DNA from: Lama glama
Lineage: Eukaryota
Reading direction: 5' to 3'
NCBI GenBank assembly: GCA_028534125.1
Contig: CM052816.1
Location: 8,310,001-8,374,000, forward strand
Length of the DNA: 64,000 bases
This document shows positions 1 through 11,100 of the stretch, in pieces. Under the pieces are notes generated by a model. It worked only from the letters and a program-made list of their open reading frames with translations. It was not told the origin of the DNA and did not search any database. Each line of letters begins with the position of its first letter. Position 1 is the stretch's first letter. A program made the translations under genes and the position numbers.

Positions 1-1159
1 TCACTACTGTGGGAGGTGCTCCGTACTTACATGTTAAAACAGTTCATTCCCCCTTACATGGGTGGGTGGGGGCAGACGAAAAACAAAAAATTACTAACTG
101 TGATTAGTGTGAAGGAAAGCAGTCATGGAGCTGAGAGCTAGACTGAGTGGTCAGGGTGGAGTGGGGAGCCTACTTTATTTAGCTTGGGGGAGGTCTCCTG
201 GAGGAGGCTACATTTAAGCCAAGATCTGAAGGTTGAGAAGGAAGTTTCCATGTCACCAATTGGGAAGAATATTCCAGGAAGAGTGAACAGCATGTGCACA
301 GGTCCTAAGGCAGAGAGGAGCAGCAGAGTACTGGCCCCCTGATGGACCCTGCCTGCCTTGTTCTGGCCGGAATCCCCAGCACCTAACAGCATGTTTAGCA
401 TAGAGACTCAGACTGTTATCGCCTGCCTGCCTGTATGAATGAATGGATGAGAGAGGCACGTGATGCAGCTGGAGAGGCTAGCAGAGCTTTGAGCCCTGGG
501 GTGAGGCCTTTGGATTTGACTTTTAGAGCAATGGGAAGTGACTGGAGGGGGATGAGCCTGGAGTGTCAGCCTCAGCTTTCACTAAGTTCTGTTCCCTTTC
601 ACTGCTGATGCCAGGGGATCTATGTGGGTCACCCCTACAAGCTTGATGGGCGATTATGGCATGGGGGGGTGCTTAGCATGTTACTGTGGTGATGGATCTG
701 ACTCGAGATGTAAATGTTTCCAGATCCCAGAAGCTCCAGGACAGGAACTTGAGGGGCCATCCCATTAAGATAACTTCCCACTGACAAGCCAGCCTTGCTG
801 CTAACAAAGCTGTTCTGGACCTTCAGAACAACTCCCCAAGCTCTCAACAGCAGTATCTGCCAAAGTGGGGGGAAAAACACCCAACCAAAAAAAGCCTTCT
901 GCCACCTTCTAACTGGGTCATTCCCCCCTTCCCAGCTGCATCTGAGAGATGAGGTGTCAGATGGAGCTTCTGCCTTGAGAACCAGCTTTAAACAGCCTGG
1001 CCCCTGCTGTGCGCTCCCCCCCCCCCGCCCCCAGCCTCTTATGGCTCATCTCTGACTGGCCTCCTTTTCCCCACCTGGGCTGGAATGAACATGGGAGGGG
1101 GCCGGGCTCCCACTCCAAGTGTGTTGTTTTATTTGATAGACGCTCATTAGCCTATAGGG

Positions 1160-1375
1160 TCTGGATTTGAACCCTGTGCTGCCACCTCCCAGCTATGTGA
1201 CCTTGGGCAAAACGTGTTACCCTCTCCGAGTCTCATAAAAAAAAAAAATGAAGCAAATAATAGAACCTCACACTTCTTAGGGTTGTTATGAGACTTAAGT
1301 GAGATCACCATGCAAAGTCCTTGGCACAGTGCCTAGCAAATGGTAAAGGCTCAGTTGATGCCAGAGTTATTAGCT
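1160..1375 (+). mobile_element. MIR SINE (representative; many more, e.g. ~4555-4795 +, 9510-9720 -, 12920-13100 -, 13470-13680 -, 17225-17405 -, 23835-24085 +, 33800-33910 -, 33910-34140 +, 58100-58310 +)
   Basis: MIR core GCTATGTGACCTTGGGCAA...CCTCTC...GGGTTGTTATGAGACTTAAGTGAG...GCACAGTGCCT; boundaries approximate. Confidence 0.8.
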
Positions 1376-1503
1376 GTATCACGAGCTCCTACTATGTGTA
1401 AGGCATGGTGAGAAGGATGGGACTGATTAGGACTGGTCCTTCATGGGATAACAGACAGTAGACGGCAGGGCTAAACAAGACAGCCAGTGATAAGTGTTGT
1501 TAA

Positions 1504-1643
1504 TTGTTATTTTAAGGGGGAAGGTAATTAGGTTTATTTATTCACCTTTAGTTTTTAAAAAAAAAATGGTGATAGTGGGGATTGAACCTAGGACCTTGTG
1601 GATGCTTAGCACATACTCTACCACTGCACTATACCCTCCCCCT
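1504..1643 (-). mobile_element. tRNA-derived SINE (camelid Vic-1-like) with 18-bp target-site duplication
   Basis: Minus strand reads GGGGAGGGTATAGTGCAGTGGTAGAG (A box)...GGTTCAATCCCC (B box), then an A-rich stretch and AAACCTAATTACCTTCCCCCC. It is flanked by AGTGATAAGTGTTGTTAA at 1486-1503 and 1644-1661. Confidence 0.85.
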
Positions 1644-2924
1644 AGTGATAAGTGTTGTTAAAACAAGGGCCTGATACAGTGCTTGGAGGGGAGGGAACCA
1701 AGGAGGGCTTCCTAGAGGAGGTGTCCTTGGAGAAGAAGCAGCATTTGGTAAAGCTGTAGGAGAGAGAAGGGAGGGCAGTTCAGGCTGAGGGAACCAGACT
1801 AGAGAGGCAGGAAGTGTGAGGTGTGTGCACCTGCTAAAGACTGGCAGAGATGGACGCAGGCATCAATGCACTGAATATCTACTATATGCCAGTCTCAGGG
1901 CTGGGCTTTACAGGCCCCGTTGCTTCGAGGTGTAATCCTGTTACTGTCTTAATGTTACAGTGGAAGAAGTTGAGGCTCAGAGAAATGATCCCGATTAACT
2001 TGCCTGAAGCTAATGCAGCGTCTTACAGAAACATAGTTCCAGGTCTAAGGCTCCCGAGTCAGACTCTTAACTGTCCCAGGTAAGCATCTCCGTATCTAAG
2101 CAAACTAATGGGAGAGTGGTTTCAAGAGTGGGCTGGGGCCAGTTCTCAAGAGGGCTCTGAAGTGGGGCTGGATTTTGCGGCAATGAAACGGCATAAAATG
2201 AAATTGCAATTCCATGGCAGTGGGGAACCATGGAATACTCTTGAGCAGGGGATGTGCTTTGAGAGTATAAATTCGATAATGGTTTAGAGGACAGCTAGGG
2301 CATCAAAGAGAGGCTGAAGGCGAGAGGCCAGGTTGGTGGCCTGTGGCAATGGGCCAAGAGAAAGGGTCTGGAATGTAGTGGGGAGAGGAGGGTTCAGGAT
2401 CTCATCATCTAAGTGAGCATCTCCCCACTTGTACGAGACCTCAGCTATCCCAGTGAGCCATTAATCTGTGAGGTACTATTTATTCATAAGGAATTGGAGA
2501 CTGCGACTTCGACACAAGGGTGATTTATAATCTTCCTAAGGTGAACACTAATAATTACAAATGCAAAGGGTGAAGACAAAAAAAAAGAAAAAAATAGAAC
2601 CTCTTGTAGTCATTTCCTATCCTGGCATCAGTGAAGTGATAGTAATCACTCAGAACTGGTTAATATTTTGTTTATGGACAACATAACAGCCTCTCCTGCA
2701 CCTTCCTGCATTTTCACTGCCCCCTCCTTAGATAAAGCTTAGCCCCAGATATACCCATTCCCCAGGTGAGGATGGAGCATCGTCCCAGTAGGGAGGAGGG
2801 GGCAAGCAGGCTTCCACCACTAGCATGAGCTGTTCAGCCAGACAGTTGTGGGTCCCATCTCCAAGTCGAGATTTCATCTCTCCCCTTTTCTCCCAGAGTT
2901 GTCTTACTGTCCATCACACTTGCG

Positions 2925-3330
2925 CTGTTCATTCATTCAACAAAATGTATTGAGCACCTACTAAATGCCACACACTGAGCCAGGTGCCTGTGCTGTAGTC
3001 ATGGGTCAAACAGACATGGTTCTGGACTTCATGGGAATTTACCTTGGAGGGTAGGGAACAGACAACATGCACAGAAATAAGTAAGTGAGTAAACTGAAAT
3101 TGGGGTTAGTGCTCTGAAGGAAACATGGCAAAGATTATTGATGGGTATACAGAGAGCCTACTTTGGAAAATCATGGAGGACCTCTCTGAGGAGGTGGCCA
3201 CTAAGCTAAGACCTGGAGGGTGAGAAGGAACCTGCAAAGAGTCTGGGGACGGAGTTTTCTGCAAAGAGGGAACAGCATACGCACAAGGCCTGCAGTAGCA
3301 CATGTAGCTTGCAGGTCTCAGAAAGGAGGG
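2925..3330 (-). mobile_element. L2 LINE 3' fragment (others at ~100-560 -, 11130-11620 +, 15330-15555 +, 36700-37275 -, 39250-39720 -, 56840-57910 +)
   Basis: ATTCATTCAACAAAATGTATTGAGCACCTAC (reverse L2 tail) and GAGGGAACAGCATACGCACAAGGCC; boundaries approximate. Confidence 0.75.
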
Positions 3331-5039
3331 TAGATTTTGTCTTAAATATAAGGGGAAATGACTGGAAAATTTTAAACTGACTCATCCAAAATATATCCCA
3401 GCCCAGCCTCCATTTGTGTGAAACTAGAACATTCCTTACCATCTCCAGGCTTCAGTTTCCCATCTGTATGTCGGTCTCTGTCTGTCTAGTTCAGATATTC
3501 TAGAATGCTGGAAGCACAGAAAGGGGGAAAAGGGGACTGGCCAGGAAGGGTACATTAAGACAGGGTGACCAGCAACATTTGGGGGGATGGCACACACTGA
3601 CCTTCCCTCTGCTGTCCCAGACAACAGCATCATCCAAGCAACACCCTTGGAGACCTTGTACCTTCGTTATCCAGAAGGAGAAACTGAGGCCAAAGAAGGA
3701 AGGGGCTTGGCCTCTCTGTCAGGGAGGGTCTATAACCCTACCCCAATTCTGCCCCCATGTCAGGAGCACTGGTCAGAGTCAGATGCAGATGCCTATTGAG
3801 CAGATAGGCAGCAGCTTCTAGCTTTGAGAAGGCCAAGGCTCCTGTGTCCTTGGCAGAATGGCTCTCAACTGGCTCCTGGGGCAGCCACTTTCTTTAGGGG
3901 AGCCCCCAAACCTCCTTCAGCCCTTCCTTCTACTTTCTGGGAATAAGGGTGGCAGAGTTACTCCTAGGTCTTCTATCTGCCCAGGGACAACAGTTTCCAA
4001 AGGACTTCTGAGTACAGAGCTGAGCTGGATTCGGCAGCTCCTGTGCTCAAGAGAGAACTTGTGATTTGCCTGACATAGCCTAGAAGCTCCCCAGGGTTCC
4101 CGACAGTCCTCCTACCCCCACTGGCCCACTCTCTCCCCCTCACACAGTGATGGCCTCTCTCCAAGTCCCCGCCCCTGGGGAACCTCCCCATCCATCTCTA
4201 AAGTCACCCGATCAACAGGAAGTAACAACTGGAATAAAGGAGCAGGAAAAGTGAGCTTCCTTCTCCAGGGGACAGATACAGAGCCGCAGGACCCAGAGGG
4301 TCAGCAGCCCCAGTCACTTGCTCTCATGTAATCTAATGCAAAGTTCTCAACCTGGATAAAGCTTCTGGGGGCCACTAGATCCCCTGAAATTGTCTGCCCA
4401 ATTAGGCAATGCTTTTTTTCTAGGGAGAAGACTTGTACTTCACAGCATATTTTTCAAAAGGTCCTTTTGTAACTCAAACAAAGGCACAGACCCTTCCTTC
4501 CCATGTCACAGATGGTAAAACTGAGACCCAGAAAAGATGACTGAATTAAGAGAAGCTGTTCAGAGGACTAGAGCACAGGCTTGGTGAGTCAGCCTGGGTT
4601 CAAAGCCTAGCCCCACCATTTGCTGGTTATGCAAGTATAACTCTCCTTCTGCAAGTATTTAACCTCTCTATGCCATCATTTCTTCATCTTGAAAATGGGA
4701 GTGATAATAGTACCTATGATAAAGTTATAAGAATTGAAAGATCTTAAGTCAGTGCCTGCTCCGTTACGTTAGTAAGTGTTCCATACACGTTAGCTGCCAC
4801 AGAATCAAGTGACAGAGCTGGAGTGTCAACCCCAGTCCTCTGAGGCCTGTGGAGGCAGGTCTGGGATTCTGTGTCCTTGGGACTCCCAAGAAGATGGTAC
4901 ACTTACAGCCAGACCTGTAGGTACTGACCAACCCCCGCCCCAAGCATCTGCTGGCGTGTGTGGGGACGTTGAGGGGAAGAGAGAGAGGAGGTGGGGGAAG
5001 TTCCAGGCTCGCTCCCAGCTGGGGGAAGGGGAGGAGGGG

Positions 5040-5390
5040 CTGGACATCAAAGAGTGGGCAGGCCAACTTCCCGCCCCTAAGGCCAGGTGGCCTTTGTCAG
5101 GACAGGCCGGACACCTTCGGGACAATGGAGTATCATGTTCACTTTCCGGCCGACAGGAGTCACTGCCGAGCCAAGGCCCAGCCTGTTACATGACAAAGGG
5201 GGGACCTATAAAGGAGGTCAGGCTGCCCCTCATTAAAGCGGAGCCTTTGTCCTGCCCCCTCCCCTGCCTTTGAAGAGGGTGGATCCGAGAGGCCTGCCTG
5301 GGGGCAGGAGGTTCACAGGTTCAGGAGCCAAACAGTAGCCACCTTCCCAACTGCTCCTGCTTTCCCCCTCCCCCAGGGTCAAGAGTTCAG
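5040..5390. promoter_or_regulatory. CDX1 intron 1 enhancer (DR2 RAREs plus TCF/LEF cluster)
   Basis: GGTTCA-ca-GGTTCA (5310-5323), GGGTCA-ag-AGTTCA (5376-5389), ATCAAAG 5046-5052, CTTTGAA 5268-5274, and CCTTTGT/ACAAAGG at 5091, 5193 and 5244. Confidence 0.75.
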
Positions 5391-5957
5391 GGAGGGCCCT
5401 GAGATGGTAAGGTAGGGACCCTCCACCACCACCACCAATCTAAGCAATGAGGGTCGTAGGATATGACTCACCAGTGTCTTCAATGTATGGGGTAGGGGAC
5501 TGACACCTGGAAAAGGAAGTGACCTGCGGGTGTTCACACAGTCGGTTCATGTCCTGTCTGGGGCGAGTTTGCAGCCCCGGCTTGGGGCTGGGATAGGGGT
5601 GCAAAGAAACAGATGATGACCAGTGTGGCTAAAAGTTTACCCTAGGATAGAGGTCTGGGGACCTGCGTCTAGTTCCGGCTTTGCCACGCAACCACAAGGC
5701 GTTTTTCTTCACTCTGGGGTCTCAGTTTCCCGATCTTTGCAGAGACACAGGTTGTGCTCGCTAAGGCTCCTGCAGGCTGGGATAAGGGGAGAACTGAGGG
5801 AACAACCGCCTGGGAGAGAGTGGGGGGTGGAGGCACACGCAGGAACCCAAGCAGGGCCGGGCAGAGGTCAGACAGGGGGCGGCCAGGGCCTCGCCCTAGC
5901 ACCTGCCGGCGCCCAGGGGAACCGTTCTGAGGCGCAGGGCGAGGGAGGGATCCTTAC

Positions 5958-6402
5958 CGCTGCCACCGCCACCTCCGGCCGCCACGCTGCGCCGCATCCA
6001 CTCGAAGGGCGTCCGCCTTTGCGCTCCAGGCGAGGACGGTGCGCCTGGGCCACCGAGGGGCTGCGCCAGGAGACCTGGGCCGGGCCCAGGGGGCGCGGGC
6101 ACCGCGCTAAAGTCCGGCGGGGGTCCGAATGCCAGCGGGGCCGGGCTGGCGGCGGGGGCCGCGGGGCCCGGGCCATAGGCGGCGGCCCAGTCGTCCTTGG
6201 GCGCAGGGAAGGGCGCACTCCAGGCCGCAGGGGGCCCGGGGCCCGGCTCCACGTGAGAGTAGCCGGTGAAGTCGGGATACTGCGGGGGCCCAGGGGGCGG
6301 GGGCGGGGGCCCGTAGGCTTGAGGGCCCAGGCCGAGACTGGCGGGTCTGGCGGGGCCGGGGTACACGGGGGAATCCTTGTCCAGCACATAGCCCACGTAC
6401 AT
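5958..6402 (-). CDS. CDX1: CDX1 caudal-type homeobox 1, exon 1 coding part (445 nt); remaining exons lie left of the window
   Basis: ORF MYVGYVLDKDSPVYPGPARP...RRTPFEWMRRSVAAGGGGGSG has the Cdx1 N-terminus and the (Y/F)EWM hexapeptide. It ends at a G|GTAAGG donor (intron starts 5957 on minus), phase 1. Confidence 0.97.
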
Positions 6403-6523
6403 GGTGGCCGCGGGGCCCCCCGCGCATGCTGGGCCCCGGAGCCGCCGCCGCCGCCGGCCGCCCCGACGAGCAACTGCTCACCTGAACTCCCGGCCCTGAC
6501 ACTGCGTGCGCCCCACCCAGGCC

Positions 6524-6608
6524 TTTTATAGCTCCGGGCCGCCCGCGGCCCCAGCCGAGGCGGGTTTGCATTTCAAAGAGGGGGGAGCCTCCAGGCTGCG
6601 AATCAAAG
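6524..6608 (-). promoter_or_regulatory. CDX1: CDX1 core promoter: TATA box plus two TCF/LEF sites
   Basis: On the minus strand: TATAAAA at 6530-6524, CTTTGAA at 6578-6572 and CTTTGAT at 6608-6602. This matches the known Wnt-responsive Cdx1 promoter layout. Confidence 0.85.
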
Positions 6609-7014
6609 GGGGAAACCCGTCGGGGGCGGGGGGTTCAAAAGAGACAAATTGCCGCCCCAAGCAGGAGGTGGACTGGCCGGGGCCGGAGGGGGTGGGGGCT
6701 CAGAGGGCGCGTCCCGGGCGAGCGTCGAGGCTTCGCTAGGTGGCTAGGTGTGGGAGTCTCCTGTGGAGCCCCGGGCGCAGAGGCCCGAACCCCTCGTCCT
6801 CCCCGTGGCCGCGTGGACCGCCCCGCAACCCTATTGTACAGGTGGAGAAAAGGGATCTGAGGAGTGGGGGCACCCCAGGCCAGCATCACACAGCCGCACC
6901 AGACCTGTGGCACAGTCTGCAGTAACGGGCTAGAAGCGAAGGAGGTGGGGAAACGCTGACTTCAAACAGGGTCCCGTCTGTAAGGTAGCGGGTTCTTACT
7001 CTTTTGGGGGGAGG

Positions 7015-7030
7015 AGGGGTCACGACCCCT
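7015..7030 (-). promoter_or_regulatory. Atypical palindromic retinoic acid response element upstream of CDX1
   Basis: AGGGGTCGTGACCCCT on minus (near-perfect palindrome) about 490 bp upstream of the TATA; resembles the mouse Cdx1 promoter RARE as I recall it. Confidence 0.75.
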
Positions 7031-7999
7031 CTGAGTCTCCGATGAAAGCTGTGGATCTTTTTCTCCCAGGGGAAAATGCACATATGCACATACAGTTGGG
7101 GAGTTCACCTGAGTTGGCTCTCTAGAGAAAGTTCTTAGAGAGGTGGAATAGGGACATTCTTTTAGAGACATTCTAGGGAACTTTTCACAATTCTCCTGAC
7201 AACCCCCCCAGCCCCTACTCCCCACCCTGCCTTTATTTTAATGAAAAGTTTCAAACATACACAGAAGTAGAATTGTAGAGTGAATCAAGATACTGCGACA
7301 CTTATTTAACTGACCTCCTCCCTTTTTTTGCTAAGGTATTTTAAAACAACTTTCAAACATCATGTCATTTTATCCCTACATACCTCAGCGTGCATCTCTA
7401 AAACACATGGACATTTCCTTATGTAATATGCCATTATCACATATTAACACACATTCTTGGGTATTATCTGATGCCCAGTTCATATTCAAAGTGTTTCAGT
7501 TGATTCAAAAATGCCCTTTTAATAGTTGGTTTATCCTAAAGCCCTGATCCATTTATTATAGCTGGAGCCCTCTTGGATTTTAAATGCATCATGCAAATCC
7601 ACCCAACCCTGCCCAATTAAAAACTGCCAAACATTTTGCAGCTACCCAAAAGGGGGCGGTGGGGTGGGGGGTAAGCAATTGAGGAGCCATCAGTGAACTG
7701 GGAGTGGGGAGCCGAGATGGGGGATTTGGGGGAGGATTCACGAAGGACAGGGCTCTTCAGGAATCCTGTGGGAGATGGGTTCCCTCCCTGCAGGAGTTCA
7801 GTGCTAAGGAGCTGCACAGAACCCCACTATGGGGTTTGCTTCACCAGCATTTCCTAGGCGCCCCTAAATGTGCAGGGACATGTGGTCTCTAGAAGGTGGA
7901 CAGAATCAGGGTCTTACCTATTCAGCTTGTCCCTCCCTTGGATCACCACCTCAGCCAAGGCAGCTCAGCATCTTCTCAGGGCTAGACACATGTGTAAGG

Positions 8000-8172
8000 A
8001 TCAGGACACAATTTACAGGGCCCATTGCAAAATGAGATTCCTTGTTCAAAAATTATTACAGATTTCAAGATGGCAATAGCAGAACATTCAACCAAGCGTG
8101 GGGTCCTTCTAAACATGTGCCCTGTGTGTAGTTACCCTACACAGGTAACTCATCCATGAAGCTGGTCTAGGT
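8000..8172 (-). mobile_element. MER45A-like hAT (Tip100) non-autonomous DNA transposon
   Basis: Minus strand resembles MER45A (...TTAGAAGGACCCCACGCTTGGTTGAATG...CTTGAAAT...AATAATTTTTGAACAAGG...TTTTGCAATGGGCCC). Confidence 0.65.
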
Positions 8173-11100
8173 CAGAATCTTGTTCTTCTGATGGATACTG
8201 TCACAGAGTGGAGGACGGTTAGCACACGGTGCCTCTTCCTGCTAGGAGGAAGTCTTCTCATTGTACACGTGGAAGCACTGAGACCCAGACAGGAAAGGGG
8301 TTGTGCCCAGTGCAGCCAAAAGGGATGCTGTCTGGAAGAGGAGAAAGATGGCTGCATGGGTTGTGGCTGATGTGAAGGAGCACATGGGTGCCTCAGTAGG
8401 GAAGATCAGGAAGTGGATGTGTTGGTGAAATTTTGCACGGAAGTCATCTGGAATGCTGGATTCCACCCAGGACCCAAACTTCCATTAAACTGGGAAGTCT
8501 ACAGAGAAGGGAGGATAGGCCCAAGAGGACTGAGCTCTGTTCTCTGAGCTGATGTAACCAGGACTGCTCAGACTGGAGGAAGAAAAGACCTGGGGTGGGG
8601 ATTGAAGGTCTGAGTTTGGGGAGGGGGACAAGATGAGTCTGGAGGGAGGCAGAGCAAGGCCTGATGAGGGGTTTGGGGGTTTTGAATGGTGGACAGGTGG
8701 GTAGTGGGCAGATGGCTGTGGCTGGTGTGTGGAGAGTGAGCCAGGGGAGAGGTGGGGAGCCCAAGCACAGAAAGGAAGCTGGGCAGGGGTCCAGGAGTCA
8801 TGAAGATGGTGTCCAGGACTTGGGTGGTGGCTGAGAGATGGGGGATTTTCCAGGCAACGCGGAGACTACTTCCCTGGCCAGGGAAAGAGCAGAGCCAGGG
8901 AGGTCTGAGGCCTCAAGGAGCCATCCCAGCTGCTCCGTAGTCCCTTCAGTGCTGCCCTCTGCCAGGGTGGAGGCGGGACATGCCTGCCACCCTGCAGACA
9001 CCTCTTGGGGTGGGCCTGCTCTTTCCTGAGCCCTGGGCATGGGGAAAGGTCAGATAAACTGGCCCCATTTCTGGATAAGGAAGGGAAGCACAGAGAGGTC
9101 TAGGTGACTGGCCAAGGTCACACAGGCGCAGGGCTGGGCATAGAAGCTGGGTCTCCTGACCCCACTGGCCTTTCTCACTGCCCAGCTAGAGTGGCTGAGG
9201 TTGTCCTCAGCCGAGCCTGCTTGATCCTCCAAACAGCACCCCTGATCCACGTAGGGTAGGAAAGCAGGGACATCATAGATTTTGTAGCATCCTGACCATG
9301 GAAGACCCTTAGAGAGTCAACCTACTCATTTTACAGATAGGGGAACGGAGGCTCAGAAGCCTAAAGAAAGAAGGGATTTTTTTCCCAAGTTCCCGCAGCA
9401 GGTCATTGCTATATGGGAAACAGACAGACCCACGTCTTCTGATGCCCAGCTCAGCGCCCTTTCACTGCCTCTCTCTTGAGACTTCAGAGTTTGCCTTTTG
9501 CCTGTGCTGGAATAATAATAGCAATAACATCATGCTTTATTGAGCATTTGTTAAGTGCTAGGCATCATGCCAAGTCTTTTTCATCTATTAATCTCATGTC
9601 ATCCTCAGACAGCCCAGTGAGGTAGGGTAATTTGTTCTCCCCATTTCACAGATGAAGCAGCTAGAGCTCAGAGAAGTGAAGTCACCTGCCTGAGGCCACA
9701 CAGCAGGTCAGCAGCCTCTCTGGAAGTTTTCCTTTCCTCTCCAACACGAGCTGCCTGGGAAGAGAGTGAGCCTGTGTGTGCCTCTCTCCCTACCCTGGGG
9801 TTTTGCTTAAACAAATACCTGGTTCCTCTTCCTCCTCTGGCTTCCTCATGCAAAAAAACCTCAGCTCCCCCCTCACCTTCACCCCTAGGTGGACTCCTCA
9901 ATCAGAGACCTGAGCTATCCCTGATGTGACACCTCTGTGGACACTGTCGCCTTGTTTAAAATTTTCAGGCTGGGCTTCTGAATTCGCAAGTCTTCCCCCA
10001 CCCTGGCCTCTGACTCACCATGTGACCTTGAACCCTTGCCTCCCTGGGCCTCAGGGTCCCCCTGTGCCCAGTGGGGACTGGTAAGCTCAGACTGCCATCC
10101 AGCTGGGGTGCCGTGACCATGCGTGGGTGGAGAAGCCCCCCATCGACCATGTCGCAGCGTCTTCCTCTCTGACAGCCACTTATCTCTGGGAGCGGTTGTT
10201 TACTGGACCCCTCCTTCCCTCTGACTCCCTGGCTGGGCCCCTCTTGCCTCTGGAAGTCCTCCCTCTGCGCTGCTCTCACACACCCGACCAGGGCCTTCTG
10301 GGGTGGGGCCCAGAGACGATGGCCTCATAAAGATCTTGGTGATAACTTGGTTTTAAATCAGGTTTATGACCCTTAAAGAGAAGAGGTTCTGGGCTCAGCT
10401 TTCTGTTGGAAATGATTTGCTTAAGAGAAGCTGGTGGGCACTGGGGCCAGCATCGGGCTTACCCAGACTTCACCCCTAGTCCCAACCAAGCCTCGAGCTC
10501 ACTTTGTGATCTTGGGTGAGGAACTCTCCCTCTTTGGGCAGTTCCTGAGGTGGAAGTGGGGATGGTAATCCCTGTCCACCTCTGGGGGCAAATGTGAGAC
10601 TCATGGATTTGTGCTGGGGCTCCTGTGAGCCCCTCTGCCCTCCGTTTTCCCCTCCCATCATCTTCCTCTCTCTTCCCACCCTCTCCAGAGGCTGGGGGCG
10701 CCACCTACTGGCCCTATGAGGTACTACCGGAGGCCTCCCTGGCAGCCTAGCCTCAATCGTGACCCAGGATGTGCTGATTCCCCTCCTCCTCCCAGTGGAG
10801 AAACAGAAGCATTAGGGAGGGAGACAGTACCCCAGGACACAGCCACTTAGGGAGCAGAGAGGGCGCTAGAACCAGAGGCCCAAGGGGCAGACTGCCCTTA
10901 TCTGAAGGAGCACTGTGTCTGACCTGTTGTTCAGAAGAGATACAGAGGCCAGGGAAGAAAGAGCTTACACTGCGAGTCAGTGGTCAAGCATGGAGTGGGG
11001 CCCAGAGTCCCCAGGTCCCAGTTGGGTGCATTTCTGCAGCCTCTTGGATAGATACAGTGAGGATGGGGGCAGTCAGCCCACAGCTGACTACAGTAGCCTC

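Larger units (their letters stand above)
5860..6830. promoter_or_regulatory. CpG island over CDX1 exon 1 and promoter
   Basis: Very GC-rich with dense CpG compared with the CpG-depleted flanks (judged by eye). Confidence 0.9.

Noticed and set aside
1570..1642. tRNA-like sequence with A and B boxes
   Set aside because: It has an A-rich tail and TSDs and no proper acceptor stem, so it is a SINE, not a tRNA gene.
5623..6531. 302-aa plus-strand ORF and other long ORFs overlapping CDX1 exon 1
   Set aside because: Antisense or alternative-frame shadows of a very GC-rich, stop-poor CpG island; low-complexity G/R/P/A composition with a non-ATG start and no recognisable domain.
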